Shown one piece after another: positions 44,195 to 60,888 of a stretch of DNA of 64,000 nucleotides. Below the pieces are notes generated by a model that saw only the letters and a list, made by a program, of their open reading frames with translations, ran no database searches and was not told the origin of the DNA. The DNA comes from the human T2T-CHM13v2.0 reference genome, Homo sapiens, in the NCBI RefSeq assembly GCF_009914755.1, contig NC_060933.1. One strand, 5' to 3'. The stretch's first letter is position 1, and every line of letters begins with the position of its first letter. Made by a program: the position numbers and the translations under genes.

Positions 44195-44431
44195 GGCCAG
44201 GCACAGTGACGCACACCTGTAATCCCAGCACTTTGGGAGGTCGAGGTGGGCTGGTCACTTGAGCCCAGGAGTTCGAGACCAGCTCGGCCAACATGGCGAA
44301 ACCTTGTCTCTACTAAAAATACAAAATTTAGTCAGGTGTGACGCCGAGATGGCGTCACTGCACTCCAGCCTGGGTGACAGAGGGTGACCCTCTCTCTCTC
44401 TCACAAAAAAAAAAAAAAAAAAAAAAAAAAA
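44195..44431 (+). mobile_element. Alu with internal right-arm deletion
   Basis: ttagtcaggtgtg joined directly to acgccgagatggcgtcactgcactcc. Confidence 0.88.
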
Positions 44432-46332
44432 TGAGTACTACTTTTTTGCCTGGGAAATATATGTGAGGTCTGGAATTGTTGTACGTACTGAGGATTTATT
44501 TCTTCATTATTCATTCATTCCATTCCATTCTATTCCATTCCACTTATACTTCTAAAGTTCTGATAAGGTTGAAAAAGAGATTCCTATATAATACTAGGGA
44601 TGATTTGAGAATTCTTCAAAAGCTTAAGAAGCACAAAAGAGAGAGCATTTCCAGACGTAAATTTGGAAATATATCTTTTCAGCATAAAGAACTTAGCTGA
44701 TGCAACAGTGAGCGATTGTTGATGTTAAAACTACCCTCTGAGTGTGGAACAACTGAGTCCACTGCAGATTACATAAGTACCCCCACCCCTTCCTATAAAA
44801 AAAAAAAGAACCCAAACTTTCCTTATTATTTCAGCACTGGGGCCATCAGAGAGACCACTGCAAAACATACAAAGGCTATTATCAGCCTTTGTATGAACAA
44901 ATCCTAGTGGCATCTCACAGATCTTCAGGGTTTGTTAGAAAACATAAAAAGAGACACTTTCTTCCCATAAGCCTGGGAGAGAAGATTACTCTCCAGGTAA
45001 AGGTGTGAATATCTACTAGTGTGGACACATCATGGAAGATGCTCTTTCCCTGAGCTAGGAAGCACTTCTGCCCACACATTCCCAGTCCTCTGACCATCTA
45101 AAGCTTGGATGTTTGGCGAGACAGCGCATCCCCCACCAGAGGATCACATTTCTGGAATTCAGGAACAATGAGGAAAGCAGATTTTTTTTTTTTCAAAGGA
45201 AGCTTCATGCGATGTTTGTTTAACGGATATTTAGCAAAAGCGAAGTGGAAATGAGGGGCTCTGGTTTTATTTTGATGTGAAATACGTAGGATTGAGAAGA
45301 GCCTGGCATTCACAGTGGGACCAATTTAAACATATTCACTTTAGGAAAGGTAACTTACAAACACATGGCAGGAAGAAAAACCAAGAAAAAGGTCGTTATG
45401 AGATAATTACTCACCCAGAACAAACAGCTGAAGAGCTTTTCATTAATTCTGTAAAAGGATTTCATGTAATTAAGTTCAAGGTGCTAAACTTTCCCCCAGG
45501 CTATTGACTGTGTACTAATTACAGAATTCACTGCTTTAGTCCTTGCACTCTTTGAAGAGTGCTAGGGGGTGGTTCTGAAGAGACTATGTCTACACTGCAC
45601 TTTATCCATTCAAATCAGGTGTGATAATGGTGAGTACCCACTCATATACTACCCCTCGAGTTGTCCAATTCTGACACCAAATAATAATCATTTAAAAAGA
45701 GAAGCAACACTGTTAATCCTTTTTGTTTGGTCAGTCCCATCTGCTGAGAAATAACAGCAAATTTCATGTTGTTAAAGAAAATTTCTACATCTCGCGGTTT
45801 TTATACAAGAGGAATAAGATGTCTGACTGAGGGGTAACTGTGCGCTTGCACAGTGTGCCTATGCACCATACATGTTTATGTGTTTGCCTGTGATTGTGTC
45901 TGTGAACAGTTGTGTGAGCATTCAGTTTCAAACAGAAAAGGTTTGAAAAACTGATTTTTCCAGGGAGTAATTAATAATCTCAGAAATGTCCCTGTGATTT
46001 TCAATTTCACACAAAGGCTAGGTCACAATCAGTTATAATAATACCACTCTGCACACACGTGGGAATCTGACAAACGATCTCATTTCCATGATGAAACGTA
46101 CAAAGTTTCAGGTCAAAACCCATTCAAGATAGCTTACCATTTTCAAACTAACTTTGCAGCTAAATGCTTCTGCCTGATCCCTATGCAAAAATTCAAGCCT
46201 CAACCAACACCATTTCTAAATGTTGGTCATCTTCTACCAATTTTCTCTAAATCTTATATTTTAGTTATACCTAAGAATGCTCATCAGAGGCTTGGAAAAG
46301 TTACAATGCAGACATGTAGGCTTCCAGTTTAG

Positions 46333-46660
<328 letters not shown>

Positions 46661-47379
46661 GAGTCCAGCTGACCTTCTTTTGTACCTTCTCATAGCCCAA
46701 CCAAAATGAGAAAAAATAAAAATAAAAAAGTCAAAGGGAAGATCAGCTAATACAAACTTTTGAGAAATCCCTGCTTGTTAGATTACAAATGGATCCAGGC
46801 TGAAGAGCAGCACTGGGAACCTTGTAGGCAATTCCTCTGTTCAAGACAGGATGTAGTAGTTGGAAGGGGAAAGCTGAAGACAGAGTAGGTCTTGAGGGGA
46901 GCACTGTGTACTCGACTCATTACCCATTTTACTGTTTTGGATCAACATTCTCAGAGGCCCCGGGCAAGTCTGGCCAAGCCAAACAGAGGAGCTGGCACAT
47001 GGCAGGTTTTTCCCTGATGCAGCAGGGTTCTTCCTGGATGGAGTAGACCATGGCATTAGGAATAAGGCCAGCCATCAGGACCTCATGAGTATTTAGAGCG
47101 GAGACCAGGTCCAACAGGGAACTACAGCTGCAAAACTATACCCTGCCTGGCGCGACTGCTTCAACACACAGAGAGCATTTTTAGGGTAGCTATTTATCTC
47201 TTAAAGGCAAAAGCCTTTAAACCTTCATAAGCAATGAAAACAGTACAAATGAAAAAAAAATAGATCCAGTAGACTAACAAAACATTTGTTGCCATCACCT
47301 TAAACAAAATTAAAGCGCTGAGAAAAAATATTTGCCACACACTTGGGTCACTGACAGCTGAGGGTTAATACCATTAAGA

Positions 47380-49900
47380 TTTAAAGAGCATTTGCAAATC
47401 AATAAGAGAGCCACCCCCAGTTAAAAACTGGATAATAATCCTCAAATATCTTAGTGGGTATTCAAAAAAAGGAGCTATATATGGACAATAACATGTTTTT
47501 AAAATATTCAGCCTCACTAATAGGGAAATGCAATTTAAAATGGGACTCCATTTCTCACTTAGAAAGTTAGGGGGTGGGGGATGGAATCTTCAAATGATAT
47601 TAGCCAGCACTGGCTGGTCTGAACCCCAGGTCCTGACACTGGGGCTGCATGTGGAGGGCAGGTTGGCACCATTTTCTGCAGAGCAACTTGACACATGTAT
47701 TAAATGTCTTAAAAAAACATGAATATTCTTTGATGCAATAATGGCACTTCAAGAATTTGCCTTAAGGAAATGATTAGAGATATGGACAAAGATTTAGTTA
47801 CACAATGTTTGTAACAGCCTAAATACATAGTAATAGGTAGTCTCACACACACACACACACACACACTCACACACAAAAGCACATTCTACAGTGGAAAACT
47901 GTGACCCTGAAAAATAATGATAGTAGAAATATGTTCCTTATTTTGGAAAGAAGACTGAAATATATGGTGGGAATACAAAGTCAAATTACAAGAGGATGTA
48001 CAATTGAATCCTTTTTCCTGGGTAAACATAATTTAGGCATAATATATGTATGAAAACATGCCTATTACCTAGACAACTGAATAAAGTCAAGGAAGCTATG
48101 TACCAAACTATGACGGTATATTTTCAGGAAATAGTTTTCCTGATTATTTTATTTTCTGCAATAAATATTTATTATCAGTAAAATAAAATATATATAAAAA
48201 GAGAAAAAAAGAATCAAAGAGACTTCAACAAGAATCCAAATATAGAAGGCATATTTTTAAAAATCAGTGTTTCTATACGTCAAGAAAAGTTGTTTGAAAT
48301 TTAATTTTAAAAGATGCTATTCATGACAGTAATATTGAACAGAATATATTTAGATGTAAACTTGAAAAATATATACAGGACTTAACTTCTAAAAATCTAC
48401 AACTTTGTTAAAGATGTATAAATGTATGTGTATAAAGAATATGCATAAATGCTATTAAGCAAATTATATGAACCAAATAGTGCTGGGACAACTGCTTATT
48501 CATTTAAAAAATAAAATTAGACATCTTTGTCACACTATGCACAAAAGTAAGTTCCAGATGGATTAAACTGCTAAATAGAAAACTATTTCTCTGATTTGGG
48601 AAATGAGAAGGCTATTCTAAGACTTTGAGAAAATATAAGGTCTTACACTTTTGAAATGGAAGAATTATTACTATAAAATACATATAATCCCCAAGTTAAT
48701 TCAATATTTTCTATATTGAAATCAAAATCCTTACTGACTTCATTGGTAATATGTAAAAATGAATTTAAAATTCATATTAAATAATAAGTGGGTAAGAATT
48801 AACTAGAAAAAGAATAGATTTTTTAAAAGGAGAATTTGCACTACCAGATATTTAAATATGTTGTAAAGTTACAATAGTTAAAACATTTTGGCAATGATAC
48901 AAATGAGATAGAGAATGGGATGAAATAGAAAGCCAGGAAGAGATCAAATACCCATAAGCATTTAGCACATGATAAACATGACATTCAATTAAATTGGAAA
49001 AGGACAGATGGCTATTAAGCAAGTAGTGCTGGGACAACTGGTTAACTATTTATTTTTTAAAATCAAGTTAGACCTCTTTGTCATATCATACACAAAAATA
49101 AATTCCAGATGGATTAAGCTGCTACATGGAAAACTATTTCTCTGATTTGGGAAATGAGAGAGCTATTCTAAAACTATGAACAAATATAGGATCTTAAGGA
49201 AAATGTTTGATAGATTTGAGTGTATAAAAATGTAAACCATTCATCTAACAACATTTCCATAAACAAAAATAAAAGGCAGTGAACTGGAAAAACATTTGCA
49301 ACATATACACAAAAGAATTACTGGCCTCACTATATAAAGAACTTTTGCAAATCATTAAGAAAAAAAAACAAGCCAATGTGTTAAGAAAAAACAAACAAGC
49401 ACTATAATGGCAAAATGGGCAAAAACTATAAATATCAGAGGAAAAAATACAAATGTCCAGTAGATGTACTGGAAAATGTTCATCCTCAAAAATCAAAAAT
49501 GTGTATTTGCTAAAATGATGCCTCCATCACCTCTTAAATTGACAAAGATATTAAAAAGAATAGTATGATATTGGTGAATATGTGGCAAATTTACTGCTGA
49601 GATACTCTGCTGATGAGAATATAAATTTATACAACCCTCCAAGGGAGAAATGGACAATAGTATCAAGAAGTTACAAATGTTCATAACCTTTAGTTCAGGA
49701 ACTTTTATAGAAATTCTTCCTAAAGATGTAAACAGAGGAGTCCACAAATATTTATGTTCACGATAACTTAGTAAGGAAAAATCCTAAGTGTCCAACAATA
49801 AGTGATTGTTGCACGCAATGGAATAGTATGCAGCTAATGTAGAACATTTTAATTAGGATATAACAAACGAAAAATGTAGGCTACAAAACAGCAAGATATT
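47380..49900 (+). mobile_element. Ancient L1M (ME/MD) fragments
   Basis: Diverged ORF2/3'UTR motifs (ttcagcctcactaatagggaaatgcaatttaaa, gtgctgggacaactgg, aatggaatagtatgcagc). Confidence 0.7.
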
Positions 49901-50559
49901 AAAAGTATGAATGGATGTACATACTGGGCAACTGTTCAACAACCTGCAAACAGTGGCTTTTTTAAAGTGATGAAATTTTAGGGTTTTTTTTTCCTCTCCC
50001 TACTTTTTGTTTAATTCAGTCCACAAACACTGGCTTGCTATTATGTGTTAGATATTTCTATATGTTTCTTTTTCCCCCACTGAATATGGATTAATTTGTA
50101 ATCAGAAAAACAGACACACTTTACAAAAGTCCGACATCCCAAACTGACTTCCTCTTCCAGATATTAAAAATCTAATAAAGGATTGGAGCAAAAATAGGAA
50201 GGGCACGAATCTTACATTGAAAGCATAACATAACTTTAAAAAGAATTGGGGTTAGGTTTATATCACTCCATGTCCTACCTTTAGAAACACTTTGTAAACC
50301 ATGCTCACCTGTTTCAGCTTGGATACCGTCTGCTCCTACAAACGTGAATGTGATTAGCGTTTCAAGGATCCCTTCCTAACAGGGTCCTCGAAGCCGACTA
50401 TCTAAGGAGCCTGACATCCCTCTAAGCGTTTTAAAATCCATTATCCCATTGGAACCTCCACAACAATAATAGGCGGGTAGCGATGACTCTGGTTTTGTGG
50501 ATGGGGACGCTTGACTTGGGGTGGTTATGCCTTGCCCAGGACTGAACCCCGGGATAGAG

Positions 50560-51370
50560 ACGGGCAGGCAGCGGTGGGTCGAAGGGCCCGGGGACTAGGG
50601 CCCGGGTCGGGAGGGGCGGGCGCCTTACCGCGGCTTGCTGGAAGGCGCCCTTGGTGTAGGTGCCGCCACCTCGGTAGGAGATGGCAGGGATCTCTTGGAG
50701 GAGCAGCGCGCACTTGTGCTGGCGCGCGCGGCGGGTGGAGATGTAATCGACGCGCGGCACCACGTAGTTCTTGGACGAGAAGGTCACGATGGCCACGCGC
50801 GTGGCCGTGGGCACCACGGGGAAGTCGGACAGCAGCTTGCGGACGAACATGAGCTCGCTGCGGAAGTTGACTTCGCCCACGCTGGACGAATCATCCACCA
50901 GGAAGACAAGCTCCAGGCGCTCGCTGAGCTCCCGCAGCAGCCGCACGCGTCGCCGGAACGCCTGGCCCAGCCGCTCCACTCTGCTCCCCGCCGCTTCGTC
51001 GCCAGGAGCGGGCGGCGCGGGGATACTCCCGGGGGCCCCGGGCGCGGTCTCGGGGAAGAGGCGGAAGCTGAAATTGCGCGACGGGGACATCTGCTGAAAG
51101 GTCGCCCAGCCCGAAACGAGCGCCAGACCCCAGCAACAAAAGGCCAGGCGAGGCCACATCGCGCTGGAGACAGAGCGGCTGCCCCGGAGCGCAGGCGGCG
51201 GCTCGGGCGGGAAGAGGCGCTGGGCGGCCGGACTCGCAGAGGGGCGTGCGCGGAGCTGGGCGCGGGGCAGCGGCCAAGAGCCTCAGCGCCCTTTCATCTG
51301 ACACTGGGGACAGACACAATCCAGACTCCTCAGCAGCTCGGGAACTCCGGAGGGAACGGCGCGCGCTCTC
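50560..51370. promoter_or_regulatory. CpG island over SVEP1 5'UTR, exon 1 and start of intron 1
   Basis: Very GC-rich, CpG-dense stretch against a CpG-depleted AT-rich background. Confidence 0.9.
50629..51159 (-). CDS. SVEP1: SVEP1 coding exon 1 (signal peptide and N-terminal half of vWA domain), 531 nt, aa 1-177
   Basis: Translates [19 protein letters not shown]...[18 protein letters not shown]...[14 protein letters not shown], recognised as the human SVEP1 N-terminus. MIDAS DxSxS present (DDSSS). Donor GCG|GTAAGG at 50628, phase 0. Confidence 0.97.
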
Positions 51371-51600
51371 TACCCCTCTCGCTCTCCTCTTTTTTTCTTC
51401 CCTCTCTCCTCCTCCTCTCTCTCCCTGAAGCCTATAAAATGTTTGAAGGAAAGGGGGCAGTCAAGAAAAATCTCCCGCTTCCCTCCTTCTCTCCCTCTCT
51501 CCCTCTCCCCGCTCCTGTCTACTTTCTGTATCTGTGACTCTATCTCCCTCCTCCCCCTCTCATTCTCCTCCCGGGATCAAGCCAAAGGCTCGGAGATTCC
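51160..51600 (-). promoter_or_regulatory. SVEP1: SVEP1 5'UTR / proximal promoter (exact TSS not determinable from sequence)
   Basis: Immediately upstream of the ATG; GC boxes and long CT-rich tracts on + (about 51366-51570). Confidence 0.75.
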
Positions 51601-52769
51601 ATGACACCAGAACCCCGCGTCTGTCAGGCTGTCAACATTCCCGCAGCAAGCGCACCAGCGCCGAAGCCCTGATTGATCCCATATGTCTGGCAGGAGCTGC
51701 AGAGGAATTCACTGGAGATGGATCCAGATACCGAGAGTGCCACAGTAATTGGAAACACTTTGTAGACGAAAACATACACGCGGACTGGCCAGGGAGTTGA
51801 AAGCATCCTTTGAAAACTGCTTGCTCACCTTTTGTGTTTCTTTTCCCCCATTCAGTGTCCCAAAGCCCTCGCCAAATAGATGATTGTACAATTTTCCTGA
51901 TGGGGATTTCTAATCAGTGGTGTGTGTGAGCGTGCAGATTAAGCCCTTAAGGGCCCCCTCAGATCACACCATAAAGGAGTTGCATCTAACCTTATGCGTT
52001 CCACAGGAATGATTTGTCATGGTACTTCAGTCGTGCATTTATTCATTCATCTGTTTGTTCATTCTTTCCTGATTTTAACAAATATTTTTTGAATACCCAT
52101 TGTGTGCCAGGAACTATGTGAGGCACTGCAAATATAAGGAACAAAAATTGACAGGGATTCTATCCTCAATGAACTTAAAGGGTAACAAGTGAGGTGACCA
52201 TTAACCAGATATTAACATACAAAATATATGTAATTACAAGTGACCATGCTAAATAAAGGAGAGCTTAGGTAGACAGACTTGACCTTGGAGAGGCCAGAGA
52301 AGCCTTCTCTGAGGACAGAAAGTTTGTGCTGAAGTCTGAAGTGTAAGTAGGGGGTCCCCAGTCCCCTTTCATGTGTTCTTGATCTATTTCAACAGATAAG
52401 ATCCACCTGGCTTTAAGTGGTACCTGGCATATATCTGCTTTGAAACAAGTTGCTACCTGGGGTGGTTTTTCCAAAGCAAGACCTCCAAAGGGGAGAGCGC
52501 ACGTGTAAAGAAAAGGTGCACTTTGCATGAGGGTGGGGCCTTTGGTTAAAAGATTCCAGCTGGGAGTCAGGAACACCGTGTAGGTAAGCCTACGGTTATG
52601 TAAACCACCTGAACTGAGTCACTTCCAATCCTTGGCTCAGCATCAGTATCTATTTCATGATGGAATTCAGTGATCTCAGTTTCCTCTGTTTCTAATAGTG
52701 AATGATTTAACTCCGTCTGTATTTAACAAAATACTTTCAGTGACAAGTATCACAATGTATTGTGTAACA

Positions 52770-52980
52770 TGTTAGGGCTCTGGCATCAGTTTTCCTGGAC
52801 GAAATCATGACTCTGCCATTTATTAGTTGTACAGCCTTGACTCAGTTTGTTCATTTGTAAAATGGAGTAATAACGATAACATATTAAGGGCTGTCATAAG
52901 GATTAAGTCATAAAAAAGTAAAATTCTTAGGACAATGCTTGGAGCATAGCGTGTACTCAATAAATGCTGGCTGGTTGCTC
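52770..52980 (+). mobile_element. MIR (flanked by L2 fragments about 52030-52340 and 53000-53260)
   Basis: ctcagtttgttcatttgtaaaatggagtaataa...ctcaataaatgctggct. Confidence 0.75.
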
Positions 52981-53936
52981 TTATTGCCACCTTTAATCAT
53001 GAATGTTCTTCAAATTATTTTCCTAACAATACTTATTGACCACCTGCTATGTGCTGGCATGTTAGATACGGAGGATTTAAAGGTGAATAAGACTGAGTTC
53101 CAGTCCTCCAGAAGTTCAAAGAACATTAGAAAAGAACATAGATTTGCAAACAATTACAAAGCAGTAGGGTGACTGCAAAAGCAGAGAAGAAAGAGCAAGG
53201 AGGAGAAAGATCTCGTTCTTCCTGGGGAATGAGTAAGACTTCATTTGAGCTGGGACTTTTTTAAAAAAAAAAAAGTTTTTCCAAATATCATCTACTCTGT
53301 GTTATTTAAAACACATCATGAAGCCCTTTATGTGCAAAGCACCGTGGCATCTGCAATGTGTGCCATCTCCTGTGTTCCCCACACAAACCAAGGAGGTACT
53401 CAATTGCTTTAGAACTCTTGCTGCAAGTAAGTGGCACCTAATGTCTCCTCATTTAAACAAAAAGGGATTTTTTGGTTAGTATAACTAAACTAGGGAAAGG
53501 GCAGAGGGTACAGCTGGTCTCAAAAAGGCTTGGAAAAGGAAATTAAAAACTACTTAGGTCTTTAATTTTTCTCTCAGTTTGGCTTCTTTTTGGATGCCAC
53601 ATTTAGTCTCTTCTTCGGATTTATAACCTGAGAAAGACTTTTACCCCACCAACTCAAGTTAATAATATTTTGAGATGTCTGCCATAGGCCTAGACACATT
53701 CAAAGCTCTCTGGATAATTCTAACACATGCCCCAAGGGTGAACGCCTAAGAACAGCACTCTGGCATTGTGTACCTCCAACGGGATGAACAGTCAGGCCTA
53801 TGTTACTTGTCCTCATGGTAAGAGAGTGGGGACACATCAGTCAGAGAAGTCCTGCCTGAGTGTTATTAAGACTGCTGCTCCAAGTCTTGCCACCGCTCCC
53901 CAGAGCCCTGTAGTCCCTTCTGCTCTCTAATCTAAA

Positions 53937-54147
53937 GCAGTGGTTCCCAGCGGGAGAGATTTGCATGTCTCACTCCCAGGAACCTTAGGCAATGTCTGGA
54001 GACATTTGGGGGATGGGGCAGTGCTACTGGCATCTAGTGTATAGGAGTAAGGGGTGCAACAAAACCTCCTACAATGCACTGGCAGCCACCACAACAAAGA
54101 ATCATCTAGCCCCAAATGACAATAGTGGTGAGGTTGAGAAACTCTGG
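53937..54147 (-). mobile_element. MER20
   Basis: cagtggttccca...ggcaatgtctggagacattt...gctactggcatctagtg...gaggttgagaaactctg. Confidence 0.85.
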
Positions 54148-54213
54148 CCTATACCACAGTAATAGATGCAGAAGATGACAAAAACTTGTTAGACTAAACA
54201 TTAAGATTAGAAA

Positions 54214-54528
54214 GGCTGGGCACAGTGGCTCATGCCTGTAATCCCAACACTTCAGGAGGCCGAGGCGGGTGGATCATTTGAGGTCAGCAGTTCGACACCA
54301 GCCTGACCAACGTGGTGAAACCCTGTCTCTACTAAAAATACAAAAAAAAAAAAAAAAAAAAATAGCTGGGCATGGTGACACATGCCTGAAGTCCCAGCTA
54401 GTCGGGAGGCTGAGGCAGGATGATCCATTGAACTGAGGGGGCAGAGGTTGCAGTGAGCCTAGATCGCACTACTGCACTCCAGCCTGGGCAACAGAGTGAA
54501 ACTCTGACTCAAAAAAAAAAAAGAAAAA
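54214..54528 (+). mobile_element. AluS
   Basis: Sense Alu. Confidence 0.92.
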
Positions 54529-55199
54529 AGAGGAAAAGAAAAAGCAACTTAAAGGTATAGAAATGACAACATGGAGCTGAAGTGTAAAAAAAACCTACCC
54601 TGACTTCCTGACTTCATCTCATGAAATAAAGACTTCTGGAAAAAAAAAAAGTGTGTTGGTGGGCTAGGGCAAGAGGCATGCATTATATAATTCTCACCAC
54701 CTAAACTGTGATTCAGAGTCCCACATTTTGTTCAATCAGGAATGGAACCTCAATCCTGTCTACCCGCTGGGACCTCTGCTTGAGTCGAGGACACCAACTA
54801 CACCCTCCCTTCACAGCACCCATCTTTCTACATTGAAGCTGATACTGTGAACAGATAAGTTGCAACGTGCATATGGGGAAAGATGGAAGAGGGACTGAGG
54901 AAGAGAGCAGAGTGGTGCTGGTAAAGATCCTCCTGAGATTCCAAGCATCAAGTCCAGTCATGGGAGCAGAGGCAGGAAAAATGTCTGTTTCCACGCATGC
55001 TAGTTGTCATGTTTTGTTTTAAAAACAAAACTATAACACAGTGTCAGTGAATCACAGCGGCAGGCAGTGGAGATAGGAGGAAGATGCCACCTTGTGACTG
55101 CATTATGACTGTATTTATAAGAATATCTTTCTGCCGTGAATTTAACAAAGACATTCTCTCACATACAGAGGTTGGGAACATCTGCCACTCTATATGTTT

Positions 55200-59628
<4,429 letters not shown>

Positions 59629-60167
59629 TAAATTATCATACAGTAAAATTGAGTTTTTTGTTTGTAGAGGTACATGAAATCAGGAACTGTTCTGTATCCT
59701 ATTTGTGATTGTGGTTATATAACCACAGATCCAATTGTTTTGTAATCAGAATACAGAACAGTTTCACTGATTAAAAAACTGCCTTTATAGTTACACCTCA
59801 CCTCACCCCTAATCCCTAGCAACCACTGATCTTTCCTTCAACATTATAGTTTTATCTTGTCAAGAATGACAATGTAAATGAAATTAAACAGTATGTAATT
59901 TTTGGAGACTGATGCTTTCCACTCAGCATAATAACCTCATCTAAGTGTTTGTGTACAGGCCTTTGTGTGAACTTATGTTTTCAATTACTTAGGGTAAATA
60001 CCCAGAGGTGAAATTACTAGGTTATTTGCTGAAAGTATGGTTTCATTCTAAGAAATTGCCACAGTGTTTTCCTGAGTGGTGCAGGCACCATGTCTCATTC
60101 ACAGTAGGAATGTATGAGAGTTCTAGTTGCTCTGCATTCCATTCAGTGTTTGGTATTCTGTGTGGGC

Positions 60168-60385
60168 GTGTGTGTGTGTGTGTGTGTGTGTGTATACATA
60201 TATACAGATATACACATATATATGTATACATATGTATATATGTATATGTATACATATGTGTATATATATGTAGACATATATACATATATATAGATGTATA
60301 TGTATACATACATCTATGTATGTGTTTTTATATATATATTTATAAAAACACATACATAGATGTATATGTATACACCCACATATAA
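60168..60385. repeat. (TG)n plus degenerate (TA/TG/CA)n low-complexity tract within old L1M
   Basis: Direct reading. Confidence 0.9.
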
Positions 60386-60888
60386 CCATTCAAATAGGTG
60401 TGCAGTGGTCTCTCATCATGGTTTTAATTTGCATTTCCCAAATGGCTAATGATATTGACATTGATATTAACCTTCAACTCCTGAATTTCCAAGTTTCCCT
60501 CTACTTGCTTAGTAAATATTTGTAGAGCAAATCTACTAGCAACAAATCCTCATAGTTTTCTTTCATCTGAAAATGTATTTATTCCATTTAAGTTCCTGAA
60601 GGATATTTTTGCTGGATATATAATTCTGAATTGATAATATTCCCCTTTTCTTTGTTATCTCAAATCTACTATTTGCCCCATTCAGTAAGTTTTTGTTTTC
60701 AGTTATTATATCTTTCAGTTTAAAGTTTTTCACTTCCTTCTTCATTGCTTCTATTTTTTGCATGAAACTTTGTATTTTTCCATTTGTTTCAAGAGTGTTT
60801 ATGATTGCTTGTTGGGTCTTCATATGATAGCTCTTCTAAAGTTTTTATGATATAATTCTAAGATCTTTCATCTGGGGCCATCTTTTCC

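Noticed and set aside
50431-50628. C-terminal 65 aa of the 242-aa ORF
   Set aside because: Intron 1 read-through past the GTAAGG donor; the vWA fold continues in exon 2.
50891-51319. 142-aa overlapping upstream ORF on minus
   Set aside because: Starts at TTG, not ATG; low-complexity GC-driven peptide with no support.
50635-51537. 300-aa + strand ORF and other ORFs overlapping exon 1
   Set aside because: Antisense or alternate-frame shadows of GC-rich coding sequence with few stops; no recognisable domain.
60008-60389. Tyr/Ile/Cys-rich ORFs on both strands
   Set aside because: Translation of a TA/TG microsatellite.
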